Shown: positions 39,165 to 52,930, counted from the first letter of the stretch. The stretch: DNA of 64,000 nucleotides from Octopus sinensis (GCF_006345805.1 NC_043012.1:30876001-30940000), one strand, 5' to 3'. Translations and numbers: made by a program. Notes: generated from the sequence alone by a model not told the origin.

Positions 39165-39287
39165 CAGGGAGATTCAAAAGTCACCATACATAGGAAAAAT
39201 TTATTTTCTTATAAGAAACAGTTAAATAAAAAAACTATTTCCTATAAAAAAATAAATTGTTCTTATGGCAACTTTTGAATCACCCTG
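39165..39287. mobile_element. Tc1/mariner-type MITE (123 bp)
   Basis: 24 bp TIRs CAGGG[A/T]GATTCAAAAGT[CA/TG]CCATA, TA flanks. Confidence 0.85.
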
Positions 39288-39319
<32 letters not shown>

Positions 39320-39320
39320 C

Positions 39321-39361
<41 letters not shown>

Positions 39362-40100
39362 GATATTATATATATTATAGAAGGTACTATTATTCATAGG
39401 TACCGCACGCTAGGAGGGACTTTGGAGTTAAAACTACTAAAATAAACAAATTGTACCGAATGCAAAACTTCAAAGCGAGTCATTTAAAAACAGAATTTAG
39501 TTACATATCACCTGTATATGTAACATAAATATATATATATATATATATATGCATACATATATATATATTTTCGTAAACGCATTTACAATCACACATACAC
39601 TCACGCACATATATACATACACACACGTGTGCGGCTCAGTCTGTCAGGGTAGAAATAAATAAAGGTTTGAAGGAGTTGGTCAGTGAGCGAAAGAATGAGC
39701 AAATGTCAAGAAGAATTGATGAATAAGTTTAATAACGAAGAAGGAATAATGAATAAGAGAATGAGTAAATATTTGAATACGCGATTGTCTTACGGATTCA
39801 ATGAATGAAAGCTAGGAAGATTCACTGAATGATAGAATGAATGAGTAAATATTTGAATGAGAATGTCAGTGAACGAATAAGGGAATAGGTGAAAATGTGT
39901 GTAAAGAATGAGTGAAGAACACACTGAAAGAGAAGGGGCTCTGTGTATGTCCCTTAGTGTTTGAAAAGGTGTCGCACCTGTAGTCCCCTAATAGGACCCC
40001 CTTGACAACAATGGAGAATGTGATCCCATCAGAAAAGAAAGGGATAAGAGGGCAAAAATGAAACGTTTCCCTTTGTGTTTGTGCATGTGGGTGCATGAAT

Positions 40101-40139
<39 letters not shown>

Positions 40140-40536
40140 ACATGTATATTTGTGTGTGTATGAATGCATGCATACATATTTACATAAATATACACATTTA
40201 TGTATACAGCTATTTGTAAATGTACACATATGTAGGTGTACACATGTAAAATATACATATATATGCACATATATACATATATATATATATATATAGATAT
40301 GATTGCATATATGCATATTATGTATGTATGCATGTATACACTGATTTATGTATATCTGTGTGTGTATATATATTTAAAAATACATAAATACACATGAAAA
40401 TGTATGTATATGTGTGTGCATATATTTACACGCATATATATACACACGTACGTATTATCTATAAACACACGCTTGCGCAAATATACGCACATTCACACAC
40501 GGAGATAGAGAGATAGATAGATAGATAGATAGATAG

Positions 40537-40621
<85 letters not shown>

Positions 40622-41022
40622 TAAACATACATACATACATACATACATACATACATACATACATACATACATACATACATACTTTGTATCATTCACGGAG
40701 CAAAATACAACCAGGCAAACGAATGGCCAGCGAGAGACACACAGACACACACACGTATAGGCCGAGCCTTTCATACAAAATCGCACAAGACACACATACG
40801 CAGTTTCAGAAACGATATTCGCATTTCGCTCACACACACACACACACACACACACCACACACACACACACACATCCAGACACACACATCCAGACACGCAC
40901 GCACACACACAAAAGCCACCCAGCACTAGAAGTTCTGGTTAGGGTGGAGTAGAAAGGTAAGAGTTGTGAAGCTGCAGGTGGTGCACACTGGGTAGCCAGA
41001 GCTGTCATGAGAAGTGGACCCT

Positions 41023-41053
<31 letters not shown>

Positions 41054-41857
41054 AAGAAGAAGAAGAGGAAAAGATTTCACTGCAATAGCAGTAGTAGCGG
41101 TGGTGGTGGTGGTGGTGGTGCGTTTGTTTTGGGTCTTGACTAACACTGGGGGTGGGTAGTAGTAGGAGATGGAGAGAGAAGAGAAGAGTTATTAGAAGAA
41201 GAAGGAGGAGGAGGGGTGGAGAGATAAGAACGGTCATCGTGTTGTTGATGTTTGAGGTGATTGTGGTGGTGATGGTGGCAGTCCTGGTGGTGGTGCTGCT
41301 GATGGTAGTGACGGTGGTAGTAACGGTGATATAGTAATGGTGATGGTGGTGATTAATGTAGTAATAGAGGCTAATTGCCCACGCGCGCACGCACACACAC
41401 ACACATACATACATACATACATACATACATTTATTTATATATATATAATATATATATATATTATAATAATATATATATATATAATATAATATATATATAT
41501 ATGTATATATATAATATGCGTCTTGAATGGCGCAACAGTGCACTTTATTAACAACTACGGACTATAATAACTTTTATAATTTAATCATTCATAGTCTGAT
41601 ACGATATTTCAGAATATAGAAATTCCTTCTTCAGATATCCCTAGGAATTGATGGAATCACTGCTATAATCGGTTTTCCAGCGATTAAAATTTTTTTTCCG
41701 GAAGCGTCTCTGCAGTGGTCTGACGAATCTCCTTCCGGAATTCCTCATGAGAATGGCGTGAGGGCGGCCACGTCTCAAACTTGTGTGCTGGCACATCCGT
41801 AACGCTGCTTCGCAGTTACAAACAATACACAATGCTTCAAGCGAACTACAATACTCT

Positions 41858-41962
41858 CCAGGTCAGGACAGGCTTATTCGATCATTTTGAATATTTTAAT
41901 TTTAGTAAATGATTAATTAAATTAAATGACCAAAATGATCTAATAAGCCTGTCCTGCCCTGG
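41858..41962. mobile_element. 105 bp fold-back/MITE with 32 bp inverted ends
   Basis: CCAGG[T/G]CAGGACAGGCTTATT[C/A]GATCATTTTG on both ends; no TSD seen. Confidence 0.6.
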
Positions 41963-42394
41963 TTTTGTTCTCCTTTTCCTTTAATTTATACTTGCTGACT
42001 CGGAAGCCTGCTACGGATCCCTAGCGCCAGCATCCGTTGTGAACCTGCATCCTAATGGATTACCCATTACAGTACTAACGCAGCGTACCTACTGGTTAAG
42101 ATCATCATTTAGATCATCATTGATTCTTTTTCATATATCTACATGTACACACACACGCACGCGCACACACATACACACACACATTTCTCTCTCTATAAAA
42201 TTGTTTGTCCGTGTGTCTGTCTGTTCCCTATGCATTCTCAAACGGCTCTAACAAATCAAATCAAATTTTACAAGGTAATAGTATTACACCCCGCAAGTGT
42301 CAACATATAATTTTTATCTTCATCTGGATTGAAACAATTTAACAATTTCTCGAAAGTAATCTTTCTATATTTTATTGTCTGGGGAAAGTCATTT

Positions 42395-42509
42395 TCTTTT
42401 AGTGCCTTATTAATTTAACTCACCGATTTCCACTCATTTACTTATTTAGTAAAAATAAATTAATAAATGAGTGGAAATCGGTGTGTTAAATTAGTAAGGC
42501 ACTAAAAGA
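42395..42509. repeat. Hairpin (~45 bp arms) of the repeat family found at 58580-58700
   Basis: CTTTTAGTGCCTTATTAATTTAAC..CCGATTTCCACTCATTTA and its complement 42464-42509. Confidence 0.8.
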
Positions 42510-42874
42510 GACTGATGCTCCCCAGACACAATAAAATATGCTTCAACACACGAATTTATATAAAGAATTTTGCAAACCAAATCCCAAAACGAAATCTTTC
42601 TATAGTCAACTATACTAGCGGACATTTTATACCACGACGCCATCACATTTTGTATATGAGTGTGCATGTGTCTGTGAGTGTGTGTGTCTTTGCGCGTTCG
42701 TTACGTACGAGATAGTAAAGGACATTTTATACGACGACGCATCTATCTTTTTTTCCTTTTGTCAAACATTCTGTCAACCGTTTACCGTTGTAACGATGTC
42801 TGGTACCAAAAATATTATTACGGCTACTTTCATTGCTTATAATCTTCTGCACCGGTGTATTTGTGTACACCAAC

Positions 42875-43110
42875 ACGAGGGAATCTTAGCATCGCTCAGC
42901 AAGACCTTTGTCAGCCGCTCTCCAGCTGTCTGTTTAGGGCTGTATATGGCCATGGTGCAGCCACACTTGGAATTTGCATCACCAGTCTGGAACCCCGTTC
43001 TTGCTCAGGACATTGAGCTCCTGGAAACTGTTCAGAGACGTGCAAACAAGCGAATACCCTTCATCCGGAATCTACCATACTCTGAAATGTTAGAAAGGAT
43101 GAGGGGTCAA
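42875..43110 (+). mobile_element. CR1-type LINE RT C-terminal fragment
   Basis: LYMAMVQPHLEFASPVWNPVLAQDIELLETVQRRANKRIPFIRNLPYSEML. Confidence 0.9.
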
Positions 43111-43817
43111 ACATCTCTACCCCTTTTTGCGGCGGGTTTGTAACGCATGCATATTTTGAGATACTCGTAAATTTATGCTATGGAATACTGTCGCTGATGA
43201 GAGCAGTAGGTAACATATGTCTTACTTTAAACTTGAAACACGACCTTTTACACAGTTAACTGAACCTTGTTGGTTCATTATTTTTCTTTTGCTTGCCTAC
43301 AATATAGAGTGTTAGTCTCAGATTTTACAATGGTAATAGGGACTTTAGCGGCTATTTCTTGCAGTGCGTGGTGAGGCGTAAAGCCGATCCCTTGTTATAA
43401 TTATGTATATAATATATATATGTATATACACACATATATGTCAATACATATACACACATATGCATTCATACATACGCATATGTGTTTTTGTGTATGTGTG
43501 TGTGTGTGTGTTGACCGCTTCTGTGTGTGCGTGTCAGGTTAACAATATATATTCAAACGTCACTATATATACATAAATTTTTCTGTACGTGTGCACATTA
43601 AATTAATGTATGTTTAACTGGTACCTTAAGCATACATCTGTACTTTTGTTAATGCGTGTATAAGTCCGTGACTACAAATGTATATGGATGTGTGCGTGCA
43701 CAAGTGAATGTATCTACGTATGTAAAAAGGTATTATACTTGTGGGCATGTTTATAGATACATGCCTCTTCATGTTATGTATGTATATATATACATATATA
43801 TGTGTGTATATATATGT

Positions 43818-43872
<55 letters not shown>

Positions 43873-43901
43873 TACATATATATATGTGGGGTATATATAT
43901 A

Positions 43902-43940
<39 letters not shown>

Positions 43941-44264
43941 GTATGTATGTATACATGTACGTGTATCATGGTGTGTGCGTGACTGGATCAGTTAACGTAA
44001 ATATAGAGAATGGGGTGGTTAAACACTCGATATACAAACAAATACATAAAAAAATCTGTATAGTCACACTTATACACACACACACAGAAAAGACGACAGC
44101 CATTTATCGTTGGTCACAATGGCTGTCCATGTCAGGACACGTGCAGAATGGCTGAAGTAAAACAACCACCACCAGTGCCACCAGCGACACCGATACAACA
44201 ACCCAAACAACAGTAACAATACACATACAAATATAGACATAAGCATGTACTTACTTACACACAC

Positions 44265-44309
<45 letters not shown>

Positions 44310-44519
44310 TGCATAACGCTTCCTCCCTTCCCCTCCTCTACCTCTTCAACAAGCAGTGAAATTAATATCAATGATCGTAGCCCAAGGGTTAAACCCTTCA
44401 AAAAATATATATACGTGTGTATGTGTGTGTACGTCCCTATTCTTCTTCTTCTTCTTCTCTCTCTCTCTCTCTCTTACTATGACCCTCTATATTTTTCTCG
44501 GGGGTATGTATGTGTATTT

Positions 44520-44593
<74 letters not shown>

Positions 44594-44996
44594 CTATATA
44601 TTTTTTCATATATCATGTCAGGTAAGTTCACCGCCATCAATTAACCGTTTTTGTTGTTGTTTTGCTTTCAATAAAACAGTTTTTAACTATTAATAGTGAG
44701 ATACTATGGATAGATTTTCTCAGTAAACTTTCCTCGTGGCGAATTTTCCTCATGGTAAACTTTCTACATATATTTCTTAGCTAACTGAAGCTCTTGGTTT
44801 AATAGTTACGCAACGAGCTATGCCATAGATAACTAATCATCAGGCAAATGTTACTTTAATGAAATGAAAGTCACATTGTCACTCGGAATTGAGATTAGCT
44901 ACGTTGACCATTACTCGTTGTACAGCTATTACATCAACGGTTTCAGCTAAGTAGCGTGCATTTTAGCGTTCCACCCCACAATTTTGATATATATTT

Positions 44997-45040
<44 letters not shown>

Positions 45041-45175
45041 TGTGTGTGTGTGTGTGTGGTGTGTATGTGTGTGTGTGTATACATATGTATATGGATGAAA
45101 AGGAACACCGTGTTGATATATATGAAAAAAGAAGTCAGGATAGAAAATGTTAAAATAATTTTATAAAGAACATTT

Positions 45176-45211
45176 CAGTACCGGTTTCAGTCATTGAGAC
45201 CTTTTCAACTG
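45176..45211 (-). ncRNA. Minimal hammerhead with compensatory U3:A8 core
   Basis: Minus: CAG-TTGAAAA-GGTC-TCAAT-GACT-GAA-ACCGGT-A-CTG. Confidence 0.75.
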
Positions 45212-47745
45212 TAACAATTAAATAATTAAATTTAGAAAAATTAAAAGAAAAGTTTGTTTTTTTTAAGAATATTTGTATAGTGTTCAAATATGAGTGGCAT
45301 TTCCCTTGTTTCTGCCTTTCTCTGTCTCTCTTATTTACTCTTGTGGGTTCGAGGTCGTTGTGAATTCTTGGTAGGGAAGAAGAAGGAGGAGGAGGAGGGG
45401 AAGGGGAGGAAGAAGACGAAGAATTTGGGAGTGCCTTGATATATGACTATATGACTATATGACCAATTTCACAAGTAAAACCAGCCAAGTCTACGGTATT
45501 CCCAACATACACAAAAGTGAGAAAATAAGTAACGCATGCAAGATAGCCACAGACAAAATAATTAAAGTCCCTAATCCTAATGATCTCAAATTGAGACCTA
45601 TAATAGCAGGTCCCACATGCGAAACCCACCGCCTCAGTAACTTTTTAGATACCCTCTTAAAACCACTCCTCAAACATGTCAAAAGCTATATAAGGGACGA
45701 CCTGGATATGCTCAATCACCTGCCTAAAACAATAAACAAAAACACCCTACTAATATCCTTCGATGTAGTCAACCTCTATTCCAATATCCCCCACAACCTA
45801 GGAATAGAGGCAATTCAATTCTGGCTAGAGAATCACGCCAACGAACGCCCACATTGCATCAAAAAAGAATTCGTGAGGTTAAATTCATCCTGGAAAATAA
45901 CTACTTCGCCTTCAAAGACAACTTCTACCGACAAAAATCGGGGACTGCGATGTGTACGCGAATGGCCCCCTCCTTTGCCAACCTAGTCATGGGATATCTA
46001 GAAATCAGTCTGTAACGTAAGGTTCTAGAAAGATATGGCAGCCCTTTCTCCCTCTACATAGAAAACAACTGGAAGAGATACCTAGATGACTGTTTCATTC
46101 TTTGGCATGAAAATATAGAGAAACCCAAAGAATTCCAAGCAATTTTAAATGGACTGGACATAATCATTCAATTCACGATGGAATATAGCCAGCAACAACT
46201 CCCCTTCCTCGACATCCTCATTAAGAAATCTAATAATGTAATAGAAACAGATATATACTATAAGCCTACGGATTCTAAGCAATATCTTCCTTTCAATTCA
46301 TGCCACCCAGACACACCAGAATGAATATCCACTTCAATCTAGCAAAAAGGATATGTACTATAGTTTCTAATGCAAACACCAGAGACACACGACTACCTGA
46401 ACTAAAAGATACCCTCATCACCAGGAACTACCCACCTTCACTAATTGACATATGCATTCAACTCAACATCCAGGAACTCGGACATGCCAAATTAAAGAAA
46501 AATTACGACCAAAAGCCTTACCATACATTTCCACACACAACCCTCTCAACAATGAAGGCTTCGACACCATCCTCCAAAACATACCCCTGCTAAAAAAGGA
46601 CCACAGAATGAACTTAATCCTCCAAAAACACACAAGATCATAAAAAGCAAGAGACAGCCCAAATCTATGAAAAGTCTCCTAACACAAGCCCGAATACGCT
46701 CATCAACACAGAAGCCGACAGTAAAAAATGTGGCAGACCCAATTGTGGGATATGCGATTATTTAATTGAGGGATCAGAGTTCTCCTTCAAAAGGGACAAC
46801 GTTTCACAGTGAAAAGCAACTTCACATGTGCTTCGGAGAACCTGATATACACACTAACCTGCTCTGGGTGTCAAGAGCAATACATAGGCCAAACAAAAAA
46901 TATTTTACGTAAAAGAATGGCCCTGCACAGATCCCAGATAAAAATTCTCCAAAACAGAAAAATAGCATTCAGCCAACACATAGATATTTGCGCCAACAAC
47001 AAAACTCTAAACTTCAGGATTTTCACCCTCTACCAATTCAGGGACGATACAAACTGGAACCAACGAATTAGTAAAGAAACTCTCTTTATTACAAAATACA
47101 GGCCCCTTCTGAACGCATCTACGACAAACGATATATCCACCTCGGCCTTAGAATAACACAAATACACACGCAAAAACTACATTCCTAAGAATCCACTAAA
47201 AATCAGCCCCAATCACTGCTATAATCCATAACGTGCCAACTTTAAGTCATCCAACACCTCACTACTTTCACTCATATTCTCCCTTCTCTTTCTTCATCAT
47301 CATCATCATCATCATCATCTTCTTCTTCTTCTTCATCTTCTTCTTCTCCCCCTTTTCCTTCCTTCTCCCCCTTTTCCTTCCTTCTTCCTAACTTTATCAC
47401 TAATGCTTTTTAGTATAACACCTACGCAAATTCTATAAACAAACTTTCAATAGAAATATTTTCATGAATTGAACAGCAACTGCTAGCCTCCACTGACCAT
47501 TCAAAATACCACAATCAAGGCACTCCCAAATTCTTCGTCTTCTTCCTCCCCTTCTCTTCCTCCTCCTCCTCCTTCTTCTTCTTACCTACCAAGAATTCAC
47601 AACGACCTCGAACCCACAAGAGTAAACAAGAGAGACAGAGAAAGGCAGAAACAAGGAAAATGCCACTCATATTTGAACACTATACAAATATTCTTTTAAA
47701 AAAACTTTTCATTTAATTTTTCTAAATTTAATTATTTAATTGTTA

Positions 47746-47781
47746 CAGTTGAAAAGGTCTCAATGACTTAAACCGGTATTG
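47746..47781 (+). ncRNA. U3:A8 hammerhead in 3' UTR, G12U mutated
   Basis: CAG-TTGAAAA-GGTC-TCAAT-GACT-TAA-ACCGGT-A-TTG. Confidence 0.65.
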
Positions 47782-47898
47782 AAATGTTCTTTATAAAATT
47801 ATTTTAACATTTTCTATCATGACTTCTTTTTTCATATATATCAACTCGTGTGTTCCTTTTCATCCATATACATATGTATACACACACACACACACACA

Positions 47899-47949
<51 letters not shown>

Positions 47950-48339
47950 GTTATATATATATATATATATATATAATACATACAATGTACTGTACCGTGA
48001 TAGAAAATTCAACAAAAAATGTACTCCATCAGGTGAGAGATAAATATCATTTATTTAAAGGACTCAATACATGTCTTTAAGTGCAACAAAGTTTCCATAT
48101 GTTGAGAAATATTTCAAACATATTCATCAGACACAAACCACATATAACAAGCTTGAAAAATTGAAGAAGAGAAGAAACGCGAAAAAACTCAGGAGTCAGC
48201 ATTTAGAAAACACGAAAGAGTAAAAAAAAACAACGGAAAACGAAAACAAAAAAGCTAAAATGTAAAAAGAAAAAAATGGTAGAAGAGTTATCTTCCTTAA
48301 ACCTTAAATTACAAGGCTGGAAAGATATCAACAAGTTAG

Positions 48340-49023
48340 TAAGGGATAGGCAGAATTTTCCAATTCTTCAAAATATATTTATACATATGCTTGCAACCGC
48401 TGAAAATTTCAGGCCTAGACTTCAATAGAGAGTACGGGTTCTTAGATCTGAACAGGATCTTTCAATCAAACAAATTTATCCAATCCATTCACATAACATG
48501 GATTTTTCAATTACTTTGCATTTAATGACATGTGATGTTGCGTTAGATTTCAAATTCCATACGTAGCTAGACAACTTAGTAGCTTTGCTTTTGTCCTTAT
48601 ATCGGAAAGAGGCTATGTGATTGGCATAGCAATTTTTAAATTCTCCTTCACATAAACCAATATAGGCCTTCTTATCGGTTATATTATTATTTAGGGTTGC
48701 TGTAAATTCTGCCTCAAATATGATAGATTTAATCATACATCGTTGGTCAAATAGACAGGATCCTGGGTGGAGACTGTTACAACTAGATTTAGGCTCTTGG
48801 TATTGACCTCATGTGACGATACTCTTCATATTGGGACAGCAACTATATGGTAATGTCACAGAAAGCCTATTAAATATTTCCCTGTATTTGTGAGTTGCTG
48901 GAAAGTGTTTGTCTAGGAGTGACAGGAATATTTTACCAGTGTTAGCTTTTATATTAAGGGAAAACGAACAGGCGAACCAAATAATTTTCCTTGGCCTATT
49001 TTTAGGTCTATTATTATTATTAC

Positions 49024-49055
<32 letters not shown>

Positions 49056-49180
49056 GAGGGATTATACATTAATTTAATTTATCTTCGAAGCCCCTATTGG
49101 CTAGGGCATTGTTAGGAGCTGCTTCCCCAAAAATTTATTTAGAGGAAGAGAATTTAGACATTCTGTTACTAATATCAGAT
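48340..49180 (-). mobile_element. Penelope-like element 3' part (thumb, linker, GIY-YIG), decayed
   Basis: RMSKFSSSK*IFGEAAPNNALANRGF; RPRKIIWF..IFNRLSVTLPYSCCPNMKSI; KKAYIGLCEGEFKNCYANHIASFR..TKLSSYVWNLK; KSRPEIFSGCKH. Confidence 0.88.
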
Positions 49181-49229
49181 ATCACACACACACACACATA
49201 CACACACACACATATATATATATTCTTAT

Positions 49230-49619
49230 GTTCTTTTACTCTTTGACTTGTTTTAGTTATTAGATTGAGGCATTTCTTTGCAGACTTTTTAGTCGAACGA
49301 ATTGACCGCAGGGATTATTTCTTGTTAAGCCTGGTACTTAGTCTATCAGGTCCCTTTTGCCGAAATGCTAAGTTATGGGAACGTAAACACACCGGCTGTC
49401 AAGCGGTGAGTGGGTGGAAAAACACAGACACAACGACATACATTTATACATACATGCATACATACGACGGGGTTTTTTCAGTTTCCGACTATCCAAATCC
49501 ACTCACGCGGCTTTGATCGGTTTGAGTCTATAGTAGAAGACACTTGCGCAATGTGCCACGCAATGGGACTGAACCCGGGACTATGTAGTTGGGAAGCAAG
49601 TTTCTTACCACACAGCAAC
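49230..49619 (-). mobile_element. SINE family A
   Basis: Reverse complement homologous to 62130-62545. Confidence 0.85.
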
Positions 49620-49777
49620 GTGCAGACATGGCCGCGTGGTACCAATATATAGATAGATAGGTAGGTAGATAGACAGATAGACAGGTAGATAGGTAGATAG
49701 ATAGATAGATAGGTAGGTAGATAGATAGATAGATAGGTAGGTAGATAGATAGATAGATAGGTAGGTAGATAGGTAGG

Positions 49778-49812
<35 letters not shown>

Positions 49813-49926
49813 GTAGGTAAATAGATAGGTAGGTAGATGTATAGGTAGGTAGATATGTATGTATGTATGTAGGTAGGTAAGTAGGTGGATCGGTAGGTAG
49901 ATAGGAATGTAGGAAGATAGGTAGAT

Positions 49927-50064
<138 letters not shown>

Positions 50065-50174
50065 TAAATATGCATGTGTGAATAAATACATTGCTTTGTC
50101 TTGTTCAACTTGCATGAATAACGCATTGACAGGTGGCGATGGTATCCATGGATAAGAATGAAATATATTTTTAA

Positions 50175-50610
50175 AATACTGATTTCAAATTTTGGTACAA
50201 GTCCAGCAATTCGGTGGGTGGAGGTGAGTGAATCACATCGGCCCCAGTAGTCAACTGGTACCTATTTAAATCGGCTCCGAAATAATAAAGCGAAGTCGAC
50301 TTCGGTGGAATTTGAAATCAGAACGTAAACTTAACGAAATGCTGCTAACTATTTTGCCCCTGTACTAACAATTCTGTCAGTTCGCCGTCTTAACATATAT
50401 CGATAATATTGATCTGACTATAAGGAGGCGATCTGGCAGATTCGCTGGCTTGCAGCAGCATTTCGTCCATTTTTGCATTCTGAGTTCAAATCCCGACGTT
50501 GCCTTTCGGCTCGATAAAATAAATGCCAGTTGAGCACTGGGGTCGATGTAATCGACTCCCCCCCCCCCCTGCACGTCTTGGATCAATATTTGAAACTTAT
50601 ATTGATACTG
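50175..50610. mobile_element. Head-to-head pair of SINE family B copies
   Basis: Minus copy ~50175-50390, plus copy ~50435-50610. Confidence 0.7.
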
Positions 50611-50720
50611 ACTATGGCACCAATTTTCGCCTTTAAACATTTCTTCAAAAATACAAATATATTAAAGCTGTCAAAACTGTTTCTTTTATAAAATACAGTA
50701 TTCAAACACACACACACTCT

Positions 50721-50773
<53 letters not shown>

Positions 50774-50774
50774 G

Positions 50775-50808
<34 letters not shown>

Positions 50809-50939
50809 TGTAATATATTTACCAATCTGCATCCACAAGTATACATACACATATCACGTATGTATGTATCTATCTATCTGTCTCTCTCTATATATTATAT
50901 TAGGGTGAGATGGACAACGAAAACCAATGCAGATCGAGT

Positions 50940-51156
50940 ATTTCAAGTTATATAGAATAATTTAATTAGGGTAACATTGAAGTCTTACAGTTGTTTCTAA
51001 GATATCCCAAGTGATAGGCTAGCATGTCCGTACGCTGGGTATTCCATCATCAGAGTCAAGGTGAGTATGTAAGAAAGTGTACGGACATGTTAGCCTATCA
51101 TTTAGAAATCCCAGAAACAGCTATAACACTTCAAATGATTCTATATGATTTGAGAT
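50940..51156. mobile_element. Short fold-back with hammerhead (minus 50982-51057)
   Basis: Arms ~50940-51033 / 51079-51156; minus GACT-CTGATGA-TGGAATACCCA..TGGGATATCTTA-GAA-ACAACTGT-A-AGAC; partial plus copy GAAACAGCTATAACAC. Confidence 0.7.
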
Positions 51157-51422
51157 ATTCGTCCTGCCTTGGTTTTTGTTGTCATTTTCCTCTGATATAA
51201 AATATACCTGCTAACACAGAAGCCTAATACGGATCCCTAGCTCCAACCTCAGCGGTGAACTTCGACCAATTATAGCACTTACTCAGCGTACCTATTAATT
51301 TACATTACCAGTGAACTAAACCCCTCATATTCTTTATATATATATATATATATATGCCCCAGCATGGCCACAGCTCATGAGCTGAAACTAGAATCAATCA
51401 ATCAATCAATCATATATATACA

Positions 51423-52285
51423 CTAGCTGACGTACCCGGTAATTCCCGGGAAAGCTGTGCTTATCCCTTGTTTCCATTCTCATAATTGCTTCGCTAATCA
51501 AATAACAACAATACAAAATATGTAGCCCTTAAAACGGTTTTTGTGCATTTACAGAGAATACCGAACTGACTTAAACAGGATCTTGTTTTTAGGAATTCCC
51601 AGGAAGTTATGAATACCCAAATGGTGAAGTCAATTATGTAATAACATGAAATTAGTTACCCTATAGTAAAAATTCAAATAAAGTAGCCCCGAAAAGGGCT
51701 TTAATGCGTTCCCAGAGTACATAGAACTTAGGAGGAAATACTAATAAGGTATGTATACTAAAATCGTGAAACATGTTACGTAATAACAGGCTAATCAGAT
51801 ATGAGAAAAAAGCAATTCAAAGTAAATAACTCTGAAAAGGGCTTTTGGCTTTTGTGCGTTCCCAGAGAATATTACCCTCAGCGGCGCTAGTGTTGGTATA
51901 ATCGTGAATAAGTCACTAACCGAAATAAGTGGATCTATTGTTCAGGAAAATACTATTTACTTGTCTAAAGGTTGTACTGGATAAATTGCGAAAATAACTT
52001 GAATAGTTCAAATACTAAGAAATAAGAATACTCAATTTGATTTATACCAGATGATTGAGGAAAATGAATGGGTTATTTCCCTTGGCTGTTACAATGAAAT
52101 ATATTAGATATATATAAGGATCCCTTCCAGGGGCCCTATTATCAATTTTTTCAACTATCTGAGTATGACGTGACGTTTCTAGACATGAGTTCTACTCACG
52201 TATCAAGTTTCATCAAAATCGATAAAACGATGTAGGAGTTAGCTAACAACTCCACAAACTCACCCACAGGCAGAATTTCCCACAT
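51423..52285 (-). mobile_element. Non-autonomous Helitron-like element
   Basis: Minus 3' end CCCGG-GAATTA-CCGGG-TACGTCAG-CTAG|T; 5' boundary approximate. Confidence 0.65.
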
Positions 52286-52524
52286 AGGTAATGTATGTAT
52301 ATATATATATGTGCATGTATGTGTGTATACATATATATTGGCGCAAATAGTAAAACAACCTAAAAGATAACAAATGACAATTTAGCCTGCATCAGCTCTC
52401 TCACTCTCAATAAGTATTGTAGAAGTTTCGGGTCACAGACAGACATTCACACGCATGTATATATAGACATATACATACACACACATGCATATGTGTGTGC
52501 GTGTGTTCATGTGTGTGTGTGTCT

Positions 52525-52930
52525 GTTAAATAAAACGAGACAACAAAGCCAAGGTAGTGTGAAATTTCTAGGACATTTAGAAAGAGAAAGGTAGTCTTAA
52601 AACTGTTTCAGGGATATGAAGGTTATCCCTTTATCGGAGACGATATGAGAAAGTGAATGAGAAGTTGCAACTATGTCATAGTTGCAACTATGACATCCAG
52701 CATACATTTTTATTCTCTTATTTCCCTATATGCTTCCTACATTTCTCTCCCTTTTTCAAAATGACTTCTTACACTGAACTCTGCTATTTCCTTCTCATTC
52801 ACTTTCTCATATCGTCTCCGATAAAGGGATAACCTTCATATCCCTGAAACAGTTTTAAGACTACCTTTCTCTTTCTAAATGTCCTAGAAATTTCACACTA
52901 CATTGGCTTTGTTGTCTCGTTTTATTTAAC
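52525..52930. mobile_element. Fold-back insertion in (TG)n/(CA)n, 140 bp near-identical arms, two hammerhead motifs
   Basis: Arms 52525-52664 / 52791-52930, one mismatch seen; GTCT-CCGATAA-AGGGATA-ACCTTCA-TATCCCT-GAA-ACAGTTTT-A-AGAC at 52814-52861 (+) and 52594-52641 (-). Confidence 0.9.

Larger units (their letters stand above)
45075..47885 (+). mobile_element. 5'-truncated Penelope-like element (Neptune-like Cys motif), RT + GIY-YIG, with inverted 3'-end copy (45075-45440 / 47514-47885)
   Basis: YGIPNIHKS, LRPIIAGP, SFDVVNLYSNIP, GTAMCTRMAP, KRYLDDCF, LPFLD, YYKPTD, CHPRH; CGRPNCGIC; LIYTLTCSGCQEQYIGQT; frameshifts and stops; flanked by (TG)n/(CA)n. Confidence 0.95.

Noticed and set aside
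41594-41640. CTGAAGA-A-GGAAT/ATTCT-GAAA on minus
   Set aside because: Stem I unpaired and stem III ambiguous.
42185-42620. Possible Helitron (TC start, CTAG at ~42614)
   Set aside because: No 3' hairpin before CTAG and the interior is interrupted by another repeat.
45459-47156. Intact or selenocysteine-recoded PLE ORF
   Set aside because: Interruptions are frameshifts and a TAA (~46015), not in-frame TGA; the endonuclease is C-terminal.
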